The notes beneath the pieces are model-generated. The model was not told the DNA's origin and searched no databases. It was given only the letters and a program-made list of their open reading frames with translations. A stretch of DNA of 64,000 nt from Octopus vulgaris (lineage: Eukaryota). A program made the translations under genes and the position numbers. Each line of letters opens with the position of its first letter. Positions within the stretch are counted from its first letter, which is position 1. This document shows positions 25,976 to 39,850 of this stretch, piece by piece. The stretch covers positions 53,258,001 through 53,322,000 of the forward strand of contig OX597821.1 in assembly GCA_951406725.2 (NCBI GenBank), read 5' to 3'.

Positions 25976-27653
25976 TAATCAATAATAAAAGACACTTGTA
26001 TTTAATATATTTTGTACTCATACTTATGTGCATGGATATATATTCAATAATATAGAGACATGTGAATATAATATGCATATTAGTATTATTAAAAATATAT
26101 TATAATATTGTTTAATGAATGGGGATCAATATCACATTATCTTTAAAAAATAAACTAATATTTTACATAATGTCGTACGTTACTTCTATATCATTACTTA
26201 TGAAAATCGTAATACAAGATCAGATCTTCCCATCATAATTAGCTTTTCACGTTATAAACCTCTGTTATTTTCACTGATATTTTAATCTGCCTTTCTCGAA
26301 ATGGTATGTAAAGATTTAGAAATCGGTGGCGTTTTTTCAACTATCTGCTACAAATATACCTCCCTTTTCCTGGTGTTTGTCTTCGAAATGGAAATATCGC
26401 TTCTATATTTCAGTGAAATCTTAAATAGTAGTATGAAAAGATTTGCAAAGGTAAATACGATTATGATTGAAAATCTTACCTTGCTTTCATTATGAGTGAA
26501 ATTTGTTATAGTAGCATTAGGTTAGGATGACGGGGGCGTAGAATCTATTACCATAGGAATGACATAGGCTGAATATTAAAAATTTTATGGTGTAGCTTTA
26601 CTTTGGATGCGCTTACTACATATATGGGAGAATTAGCATTTCTGCTTCCATGGCAACAGCAAAGTATCCTGCGCGCAATGTTATTGTTGTGTTAATGCGA
26701 ACTAGAAAAGGTTGGATGACATAAATATACATATAAAAGATGACACAAATTTAATAGCTCACATTTGGCCGTTGGCGTGGGATTATGTTTTAGACTGAAT
26801 ATGTATGTGAGTGTGTATGTGTGTGTAGACACAAGAGTTCGGAAGGAAGCACTATTTTAGTATCAGAACCTTGCTGAATGGGCACCATATGCATGCAATG
26901 TCTACCATTTCTCAGGTGAGAAAATAATAGCAGCAGGTACTTCAGTAAATGACATTGTTAATAGCCTATTGGCACCATCAATTTACCCTCGATCCCAGAA
27001 ATTCTATTGTTACTCAATTCCGTTAGCAGTTTTGCCGAAATACACTCAGATACTCTCAACAGTCTTCAGTAGTATCTACAACGCCTTGTTGATACTGAAA
27101 CTCACAATTTATATACTTTGAATATAACCTAAAATATTTGTTGTCTTTTCGCCACGAGTTGAATAAAATTTTATTGAATAACGTTTTGCTATTTACATAT
27201 TTCATTTTCGCTGTTAGGACGAAAGTAGTGTAGGTATGAACAGGTTTATACCACCGACGTGCAGGACTGACTCACTTTTCACCACGCGGTATACTGACTA
27301 ATGCATTGTTTATTTAAGTGGTCCAACTAGCAGAGTATAAACTATCACTTAATTGCAAGTTATATTAAATAATTATTTAAGGGCTCCTTGATCACTTATA
27401 GGCTGCAGAGAGATAAACTACATTTTGCACCAAGTAATTCGTTTCTGATCATTATTATGAAACTACTATACCTAAACGGACATACATAATGCTTACATAT
27501 CGAATAAGAGGTTACCTAAAGTTGAAGTGATTCTAATTAAAGCACATGAAACGGTTCACTTGCATTGACCTTCGGATATTTCTTATAAACTAACAAATTG
27601 AATTATATTGCAATAAGATGAAACTATACCCATAACGCCTTGTGAACTGTGTG

Positions 27654-27693
<40 letters not shown>

Positions 27694-27835
27694 TGCATGT
27701 CTGTAAAGATATATAAAGGTGTGTATGCATGTGTGTATGTATAGATATGTGCACTCACATATATGTACATATGCACGTATGAGTGCGTAGGTGTGTAGTT
27801 TGTGTACATGCATACATGCGTGGTCCGCTTTGTAT

Positions 27836-28651
27836 TATTGTGTTGAGTCAAAAGTTTTGCAGTATTGTTATAATTCATTTGCTATATTTGTCAACTTACG
27901 ACAAAAGTAGTCTAGCATTCAAAGTAGAAGCCATTGTTTTGCACCGTCTGAAGTCACCTTTCTGCCAGTTCTTTGATCCCACGCTGACTCAAGAAGCGCA
28001 AGAAGTGAGCCATAGATCGGATCAAGTCATAATTCGAGGAGTATATTTTCAGCAATCCTACTAATGTGCATAAACAGTGGTTAGGCAAGTGCCAGCTTCC
28101 AGCCCCTATCGCCAAACACGAGCATCTCGAATAGAAAATACTCTACGCCAGCTGGAGCTATGAGGGTAATAATTCTCTAAAATTTCGTTCCGGACAGTCC
28201 GGACATCGATGCCAGCCTGTACTCCTAACAGCTGAAGCGGATGTACGCCATTGTGCGGTAAATATATCTGGTTTCCGTTTACAAAAAACAAAAAAAAAAC
28301 AAGCTCTTCTGCAGGAAACAATACAAGATCACATACTGCTGCTGCTCGAACGACCCAAAATAAACCCTAGAAATTTGAGGAAATCGAAATGATGCCATAC
28401 ACAGCATTTAGCCCAGACCTAACTCACTTCGATTTTTATTTGTTCCGATCTATTTTATTTCTTCTTACGAACGCGACTTTTCATCAGCCAAGTGGAAGCT
28501 TCAGTGAAGAAGACTAGAACTGGTATGGCAAAAAGGTGGATTTAGACGGTGCAACACCATAGCCACTAATTCAAATTAACAACTTGATTGGTTTTGTTAT
28601 AAGTTGTCGAATGAAGCAAAACGATCGCAAACCATTTGACTCAATTTAATA
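27836..28651 (+). mobile_element. Internally deleted mariner element
   Basis: Imperfect TIRs (TATTGTGTTGAGTCAAAAGTTTTGC vs reverse complement TATTAAATTGAGTCAAATGGTTTGC); AFSPDLTHFDFYLFRS (YSPDLAPSD-like) at ~28403-28450. Confidence 0.75.
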
Positions 28652-29499
28652 TTTCATAGAAAGCACTGCATCTTCATAACCCATGAGATGGATATATGAG
28701 TAGTATAGTAGTATCAGAAATACATTTAGAAAACCGGTCTGTCTTTATTGAAGCTATTCTAAGTCACTATAAAACCTCTAATTAAATTATTAATAAAATT
28801 TTCATTACTATTTTCATCATATATTTCATTCTGTTTTTTAATTAATTTTTGAGAAAAATGTAAAAGAAGCATAAAACAAATAAGGTGTTGAATGTCTATA
28901 GACTACATCGGAAACATAAACGGAAGTAAGTAGGAAATTCTCTTTTAGATTTAATTATGACTCAGACTAAAACAAAATAGGTGTGTAAAAGAATTTAATA
29001 AGCAATTATTAGCGTATGTTTCTTTCAGTATTTAATAATCTTACAATCCTCCACCGATTATCCATCGTGGCTTCTTACATACTTGCAATAATAGCGGTTT
29101 TAAACCAACGAGCAGACAAAATATTCGTGTCATATGCCTTCTATTTATAATTACCTATCTACAGGAAATTACTTAATTTTCCCCTCTCTCGAGTCCATGA
29201 TGTTTAAAATGTCAGCGGCTCGATATTTCGGGTACATCGTTATGAATTATAAATGTTCTTCAGAAGTGACAAACTGAAGTTAAGTTGTGTTTCATCGTTC
29301 AAAACACGTAAGGTATTCAAACCACACTAATCCTGACTTCTTAAGAATAATATACCCCATGCAGCTGTCACAAACCACCATGCTGCGGACCGATCCTGAG
29401 CCATCGATCAATTGGTACGGGCTGCTCAGGAAGAATAGATTCTATTTCTATTTTATTGAGCATAACAATTACTATTGTAGTGGAGAATAATTGAGCTGG

Positions 29500-29960
29500 C
29501 AAGGAGGACTTGAAACCATTTGAAATTTGGATACCTGTATCATGATGATTCGCGCCGGGTATCAAAATGTCGACATCAGGACTGCAGCTTAATGCTTCGT
29601 AAAGAATGCAGACACCGTAGGATGTGGTACTGACATCATGAATCCAACTTCCCTCAAACGATGATAATTGTTTGGTGTTTCCACGGTGGGTGACGTCATG
29701 CCGCCCACAACTTTGAACAATTCAGAAGCTTATGTGAAGGTGACTGTTGTCAGAATCTGGCTGCTGCTGGAAGGATTGTCGGAAAATTTCTACTACTCCA
29801 TCAGTCCCAATTTCTGGCCTCCTAATTCTCCCGATTGTAATCCCAAGGATTTCTATATGTGGGATGCGGTTGAGAAAGACACCAACTTTTCTGCTTGTAA
29901 CATTAAGTAGGAATGGCAACTATCCTTGACCATTTCCCTAGGACTCTGTGATAGGGTAGG
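29500..29960 (+). mobile_element. Tc1/mariner-superfamily (maT/DD37D-like) transposase fragment
   Basis: ORF 29668-29910 contains FWPPNSPDCNPKDFYMW (WPPNSPDLNPLD motif). Confidence 0.75.
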
Positions 29961-30942
29961 AAAGAAGTGCTGGATTACATGTACATATTCAGAGCATGTT
30001 CTTCCAAAAGGCCTCTACATAATTCCTGTCAACCGGATTTCACTCCTGAGTATAAGCTAAAAGCAAGTTGATCAGGATTGTGAGCTTTGGTAACTTACCT
30101 TAGACTATGTAGTTTCGACGAAAACAGTTTTTTGTCGTAAAGCCAGTGTTGCAACGATAGCTTGCAAAGCATAAAGTGTTTATTTTCAGTGTTAAACTAA
30201 CTGTACATAAAATATTCATTCTTATATTATTTCTTCTAACGTATCTTTCTTTTTCTTTTCTAGGCTAAATTTGATAGAATTTTACAGCTACAATTTCTCT
30301 TTCAGTTAATCAAAGAAACAAGAATTTAAATGAACCATATCGTTAACTTTATGTGATCATATTCATTTAACCATGCTTACTGGATAAAAATATATTCTCG
30401 GTTATTTCTATTACGAGGCATTTATGATGCAATTTAAAAGAAATTTAAAATATATTATGGCGAAGATATTTTAGATATTCAAATATATGAGGATATATAT
30501 GTAATTCATTCTATCTATAAACAAGTATGTACTGAACAGATTTGCAAGCACATTATGATTCTACTTGTTAAAAACAATTTTCTTTTACAGCATCGTAGCA
30601 TAAATATAATTAAAGATGTAAGTGCGTGAAAGACAAGTTTTCGAATATAACATACATTAGAAGTATCCTGGATACTCCACGTTTATCTTGAAAACTATGT
30701 AATGGACGCGAAAATTTGAAGACAACTATGAGATAATTTTTGAAAAATTGTATTTTATTTCAAACATCTGATTTTGCGAAAGGAGTAAATGCTCACTGGG
30801 GTAGGAGACAAGGAGAGAACATCGTATCACGCTATAGACATCCTTATACATTTTCGTGTATTATTTTTCGATTTAGGTAAAGAAGTATATAAATAATCTT
30901 AACTAAGGACCGAAATCAAAGACAACTTATCTTCTGCTACTG

Positions 30943-31150
30943 AAAGCGGCGAGTTGGTAGAACAGTTATTATGCCGGACAAAATACTTAGCGGCATTTCG
31001 TTTACTTTACGTTCTGAGGTCAAATACTGGAATGATCGACTTTGATTTTCATCCTTCCTTTCGGGGTTGATTAAATAAATATCAGTTGAAAACTTGGGTG
31101 GGCGTAATTACCCATCCCAGAATTGCTGGCCCTGCACCAAAATTTGAAAC
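30943..31150 (+). mobile_element. Degenerate tRNA-derived SINE
   Basis: GCGGCGAGTTGGTAGAAC...GCCGGACAAAATACTTAGCGGCATTTCG...ACGTTCTGAGGTCAAAT...CCAAAATTTGAAAC. Confidence 0.75.
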
Positions 31151-34094
31151 ACTATTCTGCTACTGTACACCTACATGGGTAAAGATTCAACATATTTTAA
31201 TACGCTGTGTTCCATTATTTCCTTATCAGAGAAAAGTTCATATGGCCGGCTTGAATTCACTGTCCCATTTAACGAAGGCCTGTCATTGCCACAGTGAAAT
31301 GTGTGGTGCCAAAAAAACACACTCTTTTCTTTTGCTCTGTAAGTTATGTAGTTTTGTAAATATTATTTAGGCTGATTCTAATATTTACGAACATTTAATT
31401 TCCCATAACTTGATCTTCTGAAAATATATTTTAAATATAACTGCAGATATGAAACTTATTAAAAAAAAACTCAATTTTCTCTGAGCAGGAATAGGCGTAC
31501 AGACACACGCACACGTGTATGTATATATGTATGCATGCATGCATGTATGTATGTGTGTATATACGCGCTTAAATACATATGTGTGTTTGTATTTATGTAC
31601 AAGATGGGTTTCTCTCAAATCCACTCAGCCGAGGCTCTAATAGAGGACGCTTGCTGAAGTTGCCACGCCGTAGGACTGAACCCGGCACTTGCACCTATAT
31701 AAACGAGGGCAAAGTTACTATTTTGGGGAGGCAGACTGTACCGATAATCTAGTTTCACAACGTCTCTAATACACTGTAATTTTAAATTTTATACTGAAAT
31801 AGAATTAAGCCGAAGGGATCATAGTACGAAAATACACGACAAAACTAAAAAAGAAGTAGTCACAGCTGTATTGTTAACTTTTTTTACGTCTCTAAAATCA
31901 TTTCGATACCTTTGAGCAATGCAATCCACCGACACTCGAACAGGTTGTAGACAACCTAATAATTATAGAAAAAATATGCTTCACTTTTCGAGAGAGATAA
32001 TTCCTAACTCTTTGCCATCCTTTTAATTCAAAATAATTCTACCCTCAATCAAACATTTAATAAATTTGAGTTCTTGAATCATTCAAAATATCCATGCAGA
32101 TATAAATCATGAAAAAAAAAAACAAGACATTTTATGCCTAGTGTTATATCTTTGTATAGCTTTTTATAACTTTAGTGCTATACACAATAAAAAGTAATCT
32201 GTGAAAACCTTAGATAAAAAAAATTAATGTAGTTTATAATTATTTCCTTTCAGGAAATTGCAATTTCCCATCTTTTCGTAACGCATTTTTTGATTCTGAG
32301 ACCTAGAAATATATTTTGTGGCACTTTCAGTTTTACCTTGAATTACATTAGTTGCCCTCGTCACCTGTCAAGTAACGTTTAGTAGTCTTTATTGGCCATA
32401 ATAAAATAACTTGATAAATAATTATATTTCTCATCGTTGGCAATTTCTGATACAGATGCATCCTATTATAAGTAAAAATAAATCATTAGAAATATATTTA
32501 CAACTGAACCCTTCTCTAGAACTCTACACATATCTTCTGTACTGTAACATCTTGAAGTACTGAAGCGATATATTACAAATTAAATATAATAATTGGTAGT
32601 ATAATAAATTAGCAATATTCAAAAGCACGTGAGTAATTTCAGGGCATCCTCATTGATTTTTTCCCGCTCTTGGACCGATTCCGGCAAATACACACACACA
32701 CTACTCACACACACACATACACACACACATACACACTACTGACACACACACACACACACACACAGGCACGCGCGCGCGCGTAATAAGGTAACAGAAAGAA
32801 AACAACATTAGAACGTACAACACAGGCAAGGAAATGCAAACAGCTGGATAGAAATGACCCAGTATTCCTTTGTCTCTCTCATTTAAGCTAGTACGTATGT
32901 GTACGAGCATGCACATACATGTTTCTGTAATTGTGCCTGTATGATATTTATATATGTGTGTGTGTGAGTGTGTGAGTGCGGGTACGCGCGCGTGCGCACC
33001 AGACTATATGTATGCACGTATGGATGCTTGTATATATCTTTCATAATCGCCTATGAAATTGCGTTCAAAGTACGAACCTATCGTAGAGCATACGAACTGA
33101 AAAATCACATCTAGTGGGATCTAACACAGCTACACAAGGTTTCGAAGCAAACTTTGCCATGTAGCCATATCTGCTATAAAAGACATATTCATATATCCGG
33201 ACATTTGCTACAGAAGGAACGCACACACACACTCTCAACTACGCACTGATACATACACATACGCGCACACACACATACACATGAGTGTTTGCGGTATATA
33301 TGATATTCTGATGGGAATAAGTATAATTTTATTATTATCAATAGTCAGGCAGATACGTTGAAATAAAGTATCATCTAAACGAATTTACAATTATATTGGA
33401 AAGTATCTCAATGTTATATTAGTAGAATATACAAATATTTCTGTCCGGTAATATTGAGTTTATATATCCCTTGGTGAAACCATAGAAATTGTAATTTTAC
33501 AAATGGTATTAAATTGTGTGAATTCGTTTATGCACTTAGCAATATTTTTTTCAATTTGTATATCTGAGAACTTTAAAAGAACTTTAACGTGCTACGAATA
33601 ACAGCCAAATGCCGTTTAAATTACATACTACCACCGCGGAAAAGACTATATTAGATAATGCGACAGCTTTGGGTTATATTTGCTAAAACGTTCCAATGGT
33701 AGTGTCAAGAATGCTTTTGACACTACAAATGCTCGATAAGGGTTAAACTCGGTTGAACAAAAACATTAAATTCTGTTTGGACAATTTAGGTAAAGTGTGA
33801 CCTACATTGAAATGTTTAAATAAAAATGCCCCTTGCATTTGGAAAGGAAAAAGGAAAGGAACAACAACCCAGCGGTAAATGTTCGCAACTTTTAAAGACA
33901 CGGACAGATCAGTAAAATAATTTTAGGAGTCCATTTCGTTTATTAACTTAGACACACGTCGAGGAAGCCTTCAATAGTTTGCATCCAAGAGTTATTTTCT
34001 TTAAAACGAATATTAATAAGCTATTAGTTTGGCTGTTTTCTCTTTCACGTTCCATTGTTATTTCGTCTCACGAAGTTTCAATGCTTCTTGTGAT

Positions 34095-34270
34095 ATATGT
34101 ATGTATGTGTGTATGTATGTACGCATGTATGTATGTATGTACGCATGTATGTATGTACACATGTATGTATGTATATATGTATGTATGTATGTATGTAATG
34201 TATGTATGTATGTATGTATGTAATGTATGTATGTATGTATGTATGTATGTATGTATGTATGTATGTATGC
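34095..34270. repeat. (TATG)n tetranucleotide microsatellite
   Basis: Directly visible. Confidence 0.95.
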
Positions 34271-34399
34271 ATCTTATTACTCAGTTTTATTTCAAAATTT
34301 CTTGCCAATAGAGAAAGAGGCTGTTTGGAACCCAGATCCATGACTTCTTGACTGGAATTTCAACAGTGTATTTTTTGTATGTATTTATATATACAGATT

Positions 34400-35480
34400 T
34401 GTATCTTTTATTTGATGTTAGTATTCTCATGCATATAGTTGCATATCTTGACATGCTCAAATGATAATCTGGGAAGTTTTAGAGGTTTTTACTGTTCCAC
34501 TGGCGGATTGTATCTGTAGTCTTCGAATTAGCTTTACCCAGGGCAGCAATAATTACAGGTATGAAGTGAAATCTGGATAGAATAACTGTAGATTTCTCAA
34601 TTGTTCAACGTAGGTATTCTCTTTTCCACTCATCTTCAGATTTATGTTAATATCCGCTGGGTAGCTAATTTCCTCAGCTGTGCACAGTTTCTCTTCTCTA
34701 TTTCAAATCATTATGTTAGATCTGTTGTGCTCAAATTTGATTGAGTCTTCACTGGGACATTCCACCAGTACTGCTTTTTATACTGTGGGTTCTTATTTCT
34801 TCGTCCTCGAGGTTATCCTAGAGACGGATTTCACTATAGATTGTCCTAACTACAACATCGTTGATATTTCCTGTTCCCGGATTGCAAAAGCATATCCTTC
34901 AAAGTGGGAGGTAGTAATCTAGCTATTGGTCCATGATAGACTGCTTTGATGATCAATCTTACTATAATCTCGGAGCTTTCTGCTAGCATATCCATGCATA
35001 CTCTTCTGCTCATATATGCTAATTCTTTCATCCGGTGATACGTTGTGGTAGAGGCGTGCGACTTCTTTGGGCATGTATTGAAGTCTATCAGACAAGGAAT
35101 GTTGTTCAAGGAGCTGCCTTCCAAATCTTATGATGTTAACAGCCTCATGTATGCAAACTTATGTATGCACTTCGACACTTGGTGGTTAAAAAATATTGAC
35201 AAAGGAAAATGATGCGACATTCAAAACAATTTTGGTTTGATGTTAAGCCTCTGCCGCCTTGTTTTCGCTTTAGGTTGTGGCTATCTAGTTCACTGTTTAT
35301 GTGGAAATTATGTGTGCTTGTTAGTATTTTTCGGATTTTCACATCAATGGCTTAGATCTTATCAAGCGTCCAGACAAACAGCCCAAAAGTTGGTATGAGT
35401 TTTGGCACTACAAACATATTGTTTCATTGAATGCAGAGAGTTCAGAAGTCCAAACTTTCTTTATTCAGCTGTAATATTCT
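34400..35480 (-). mobile_element. R4/Dong-clade (restriction-like endonuclease) LINE relic
   Basis: KIRKILTSTHNFHINSELD..LKRKQGGRGL, CPK zinc-knuckle remnant, HNRSNIMI*NREEKLCTAEEISYP (RPD..E-x-S-x-P endonuclease remnant). Confidence 0.75.
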
Positions 35481-35566
35481 TTAGTGACACGCTTTGTATG
35501 TATGTATATATGCATGTATATATATATACATACATGTGTATGTATGTGTATATATATATATATATG

Positions 35567-35605
<39 letters not shown>

Positions 35606-36224
35606 GTATACATTTGTATGCGTGTGTATGGTGTGTAATTTTAAAGAAGGGGCTAGATATTGATAAAGCTTTAAATATTACCATGTAAATACTGGCTTAA
35701 AAAGCTCTTCGATGGCTAAACCAGCTATGATTTATACCTATATTTACTTCGAGATCTTTTAAATATAACCTCTTTAATTTCTCTCGAAATTTCCGATTAA
35801 TTATGAAGTGAGCACTCTATTGATATATGTGTATATATGCATTCACGCATACACATGCATATATATATATGCATACATATACAAATATGTGAATGTGAGT
35901 AATTCATCTCGTCATTGCAACATAAAGCCTCAAGTGGGTATATAATTTTATTTACTAGTCCGGCTATGATGTCCACTAAGAAATTTTAAACATTTATTTA
36001 CTATATAAGATCTAGGTCAGTATTTCGTACACATCCTACATGTTTACTTTGCAACCATATCATTTTGGGGGAGATTAAATGTATCATTATTTATATATGT
36101 TCAAGTCAATATTTGATATTTCTAAACACAGTACATATGACTGTTTTGTTAAGTGTATAATACTTTTCTCTTTCTCTGTCACTCGCGCTTTGATCAGACA
36201 CGCACACATACACACACACATACA

Positions 36225-36274
<50 letters not shown>

Positions 36275-36297
36275 CATATATATATATATGTATATAT

Positions 36298-36328
<31 letters not shown>

Positions 36329-36559
36329 AATTGATTTCATTTAATTAAGTAAATACTATGTTCTTCAGTTATATATAGATGATTTAAAGAGTGTGCTCTA
36401 AACGGGAAACTAGTTTGGTATTAACCACACTGATCTTCTGACATACTTCATTTATCTCGCTCGCCTTATATGATTTTCGTACCAAGGAGTAATGCCCTTG
36501 TCTAATTTAAAAACAAGGCCATTCAACACGCAAAGAGCTTTTTTTAACTGCTCTTCTCC

Positions 36560-36606
36560 CTGTCTGTCTGTCTGTCTCTCCCTCTCTCTCTCTCTCTTTC
36601 TCTCTC

Positions 36607-36695
<89 letters not shown>

Positions 36696-37036
36696 GTATA
36701 TACACACAATTTGCCGCTCTCGGCCAAGCGATGGAGTCGATGCGTGTTCGAATATGACAAAGGAGCATAACCTCTCTCTCTTTTACTCAAATATACATAC
36801 ATACATACATATATATATAGATAGATATATATATGTATATATATATACATATATATGTATCTATGTATCTATATATACATATATATATAGATATATATAT
36901 ACGTATATATACATATATATGTATCTATATATACATATATATAGATATATATATATACGTATATATACATATATAACACTATACATACATATAGATATAT
37001 ATATATATATATATACGTATAAACACATATATATCA

Positions 37037-37085
<49 letters not shown>
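36560..37085. repeat. Compound CT/CA/TA microsatellite region
   Basis: Directly visible. Confidence 0.9.
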
Positions 37086-37087
<2 letters not shown>

Positions 37088-37088
<1 letters not shown>

Positions 37089-37470
37089 ATCTCTTCTTTT
37101 TCTTCTTCTTCGATGCCTGCTTTTTCAACTACTTCTACTGCTTAAACAATCAGGAACAAGAATTCGTACCGAACATTAGAACTACTACTACCTGCTTTTC
37201 ACTACCTAGAACTCACACGAGTTAAAAATAGGCAGAGACACAGAAAAAAACGAAAATGTCCCTTACAGTTGAAAACTATGAAATATTCTAATAAAACCTT
37301 TAACTTAATTTCTCCACCATTTAATTGTTTTTCATGCTTGAAAAAGTCGCGAAGACTGAAACCGGTACTAGAATCTTCTTCATGATGAAATTATTTTAGC
37401 ATTTTCTACCTTATACATATCAACTCGTGTGTTCCTTTCCACCCTTATATGCTGTAATTCATTATTCACG
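37088..37470 (+). mobile_element. PLE-type terminal repeat fragment carrying a U3-A8 hammerhead-like core (37338-37367)
   Basis: TTGAAAA AGTC GCGAA GACT GAAA CCGG TA; island embedded between microsatellites. Confidence 0.55.
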
Positions 37471-37472
37471 AG

Positions 37473-37507
<35 letters not shown>

Positions 37508-37578
37508 TAATAATAATATATAGATATGAATACATATATACATATATATATATGTATATGAATGCATATTAATACATA

Positions 37579-37629
<51 letters not shown>

Positions 37630-37670
37630 ATAAATATGTATACATTTATATGTACATTTATATATATATG

Positions 37671-37722
<52 letters not shown>

Positions 37723-38494
37723 TACATATATGTATATGTATATGTATGTATATATATGTGTGTGTGTGCATTTTCGTATGTGTATATACGTGTGCGCGTA
37801 TATAAATATATATGTTTAAATGCATATATACATATTAAACAAGTATGCATGTCTTTGTTTATATACTATCGTGTGTCTGTTGCTTCCAAAGATACTATAT
37901 TATTTCGTATGTATGCATATTAGTTTAAAATTATTAAAGTAACTACATTATTACTTATATTTACGTGTGTGATATTTGTGTGAGCATGTATGTTTATTTA
38001 CCCACCCATTACTTGGTATTTATACCTATATTTAACTTCAATAATAATGATTATAATCAATGTATTAAGTATATAAGTGTAAACGTAAATGATTAAATTA
38101 TATAATAAAATATATAAGGAAATAGAAATAAGGAATAAAGAATACATAAGAATAGAGGTGAAATAATATGTGTTTATGTGTTTTTGTATGTACTTCTATG
38201 CATGAGAATGTGTATATGTCTTACATTATTTTTGAAATGCAAGATAATATATTTAATTATGTTTTGTAGTGTGAACCGGATGTGAAGTGAAACAATTGAA
38301 GGTGAACATGTTAGTTAATAAATTAATTTTATCTATTGAATGTCTTAGTTTTCAAATTTAAGAATAATATTTGATATTTTATATTCAATGTATGTCTTCA
38401 AAATAGAATATATTAAACCAGTGTATCCTGGATAAAAAAATCTCCCTAGAAAATGTCTATACATATATATACATATATACATACATATATACAT

Positions 38495-38702
38495 AAAATG
38501 TGACCGCGTGTGTACCGTTGGCGATTTTTTCCTCTGTCTTCCCTTCTCTGGATTTTTCCTTCTCCTATGTTTTCGACGAAGAGTCCGCTCGAAACGTTAA
38601 ACCCTCCTTCTTCCCTTACTTCCTGAGTGTCCAATAATGCTATACTTGTTCCACGTCCTCGCGTTGTTGTGTTTTCTCTTTGTGTTTTCATGTTTGGATA
38701 AC

Positions 38703-38703
<1 letters not shown>
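38495..38703 (+). mobile_element. PLE-type terminal repeat fragment with degenerate hammerhead (38569-38602)
   Basis: GTTT TCGACGA A GAG TCCG CTC GAAA CG TT AAAC; (TA)-rich flanks. Confidence 0.55.
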
Positions 38704-38736
<33 letters not shown>

Positions 38737-38737
38737 T

Positions 38738-38801
<64 letters not shown>

Positions 38802-39249
38802 TACAAGAGTAGCTCGCTGGTGTTGGCTGACCTGCTTGTATACTGGAGCAGTTGAAGTGTTCCATATTTTGAGGGGGCGGGAATTGAAATATTCCAATAT
38901 TCTGTAATATCACATTATTTGTACAACGTGATTTTAGTAGAATTTTCTTGCATATGTATATACTAAACCTCCAGGATTTTCAACAAATGTTGCACTCTTT
39001 TCTTGTAGAAGTGAAGCATTAATATACTATATGTATTATGACTAATCAGTAATGGATTAGTTTGATTGCCGAAATGCTCTTTACCATATTAGTAATAGAT
39101 TTTCCTATTGGTGTTTCTCTCTTCTTAATAATCTTATTTACCTGCACTACCAATTTCAAGAATCCCAGTTTTGCTTACATTGCTGATAATGTAGTTGCCT
39201 AAATCTATTTATGTATATAACATTTTGGTTTTTCTTTCCTTACTTACTT

Positions 39250-39850
39250 ACTTCAAGAATCACCTGTTGCTTTCTGCCATGCGTTCATTCTTTATTATGC
39301 GTTTATGACGGGGAATAAATAAGAAATGGTTTTTATCTTCTCACGACAACCAATGTCGTAAAAATTGATTTATTTCGTTTTTCTTTCATATTGCCATTAA
39401 ATGCCTTATAATGAAAACCTCCGTAGAGGAACAACAATTTACTTATGACAATGACTAAACGTTTTCCAGATTCCACTAAGTTGATTTCGTTTTCTATCCA
39501 ATTAATTCTTTTGAAAAGATCAGCCATTATTCTCCTGAATGTACTTATAAATGTTTGCCTGTTAGTAACACAGAGCTAGTTGAGATCTATAGTATTTCTG
39601 CTTTCTTCTAACTGTTGCATTATTATCTGAACTTATATCGTGTCTGATGTTTTTTCTCACTGCCCAGATTCTATGAAATTATCGCAACATATGCTACACG
39701 AGGTAATTATTTGAGGGCATTTGCTTAGAGGTAATCAGAAATGTATGTATCTATACTACTACTTTTTACAGCTCTTTGGCTAGCTTGACATAGCTTATCC
39801 CACATACCGTCCATTGTTTTAAATATTTGCAAAAACATGGATTTAAGAAT
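39250..39850 (-). mobile_element. Possible hAT (Buster/Charlie, ZBED5/SCAND3-like) transposase relic
   Basis: MADLFKRINWIENEINLVESGKRLVIVISKLLFLY resembles the ADLF..N...L..NL......F..KL.LY helix of Buster-type transposases; heavily decayed. Confidence 0.35.

Noticed and set aside
30099-30200. Minus-strand exon ending in AAG|GTAAGT
   Set aside because: All three frames hit a stop between the plausible acceptor and the donor; a non-coding exon cannot be supported from sequence alone
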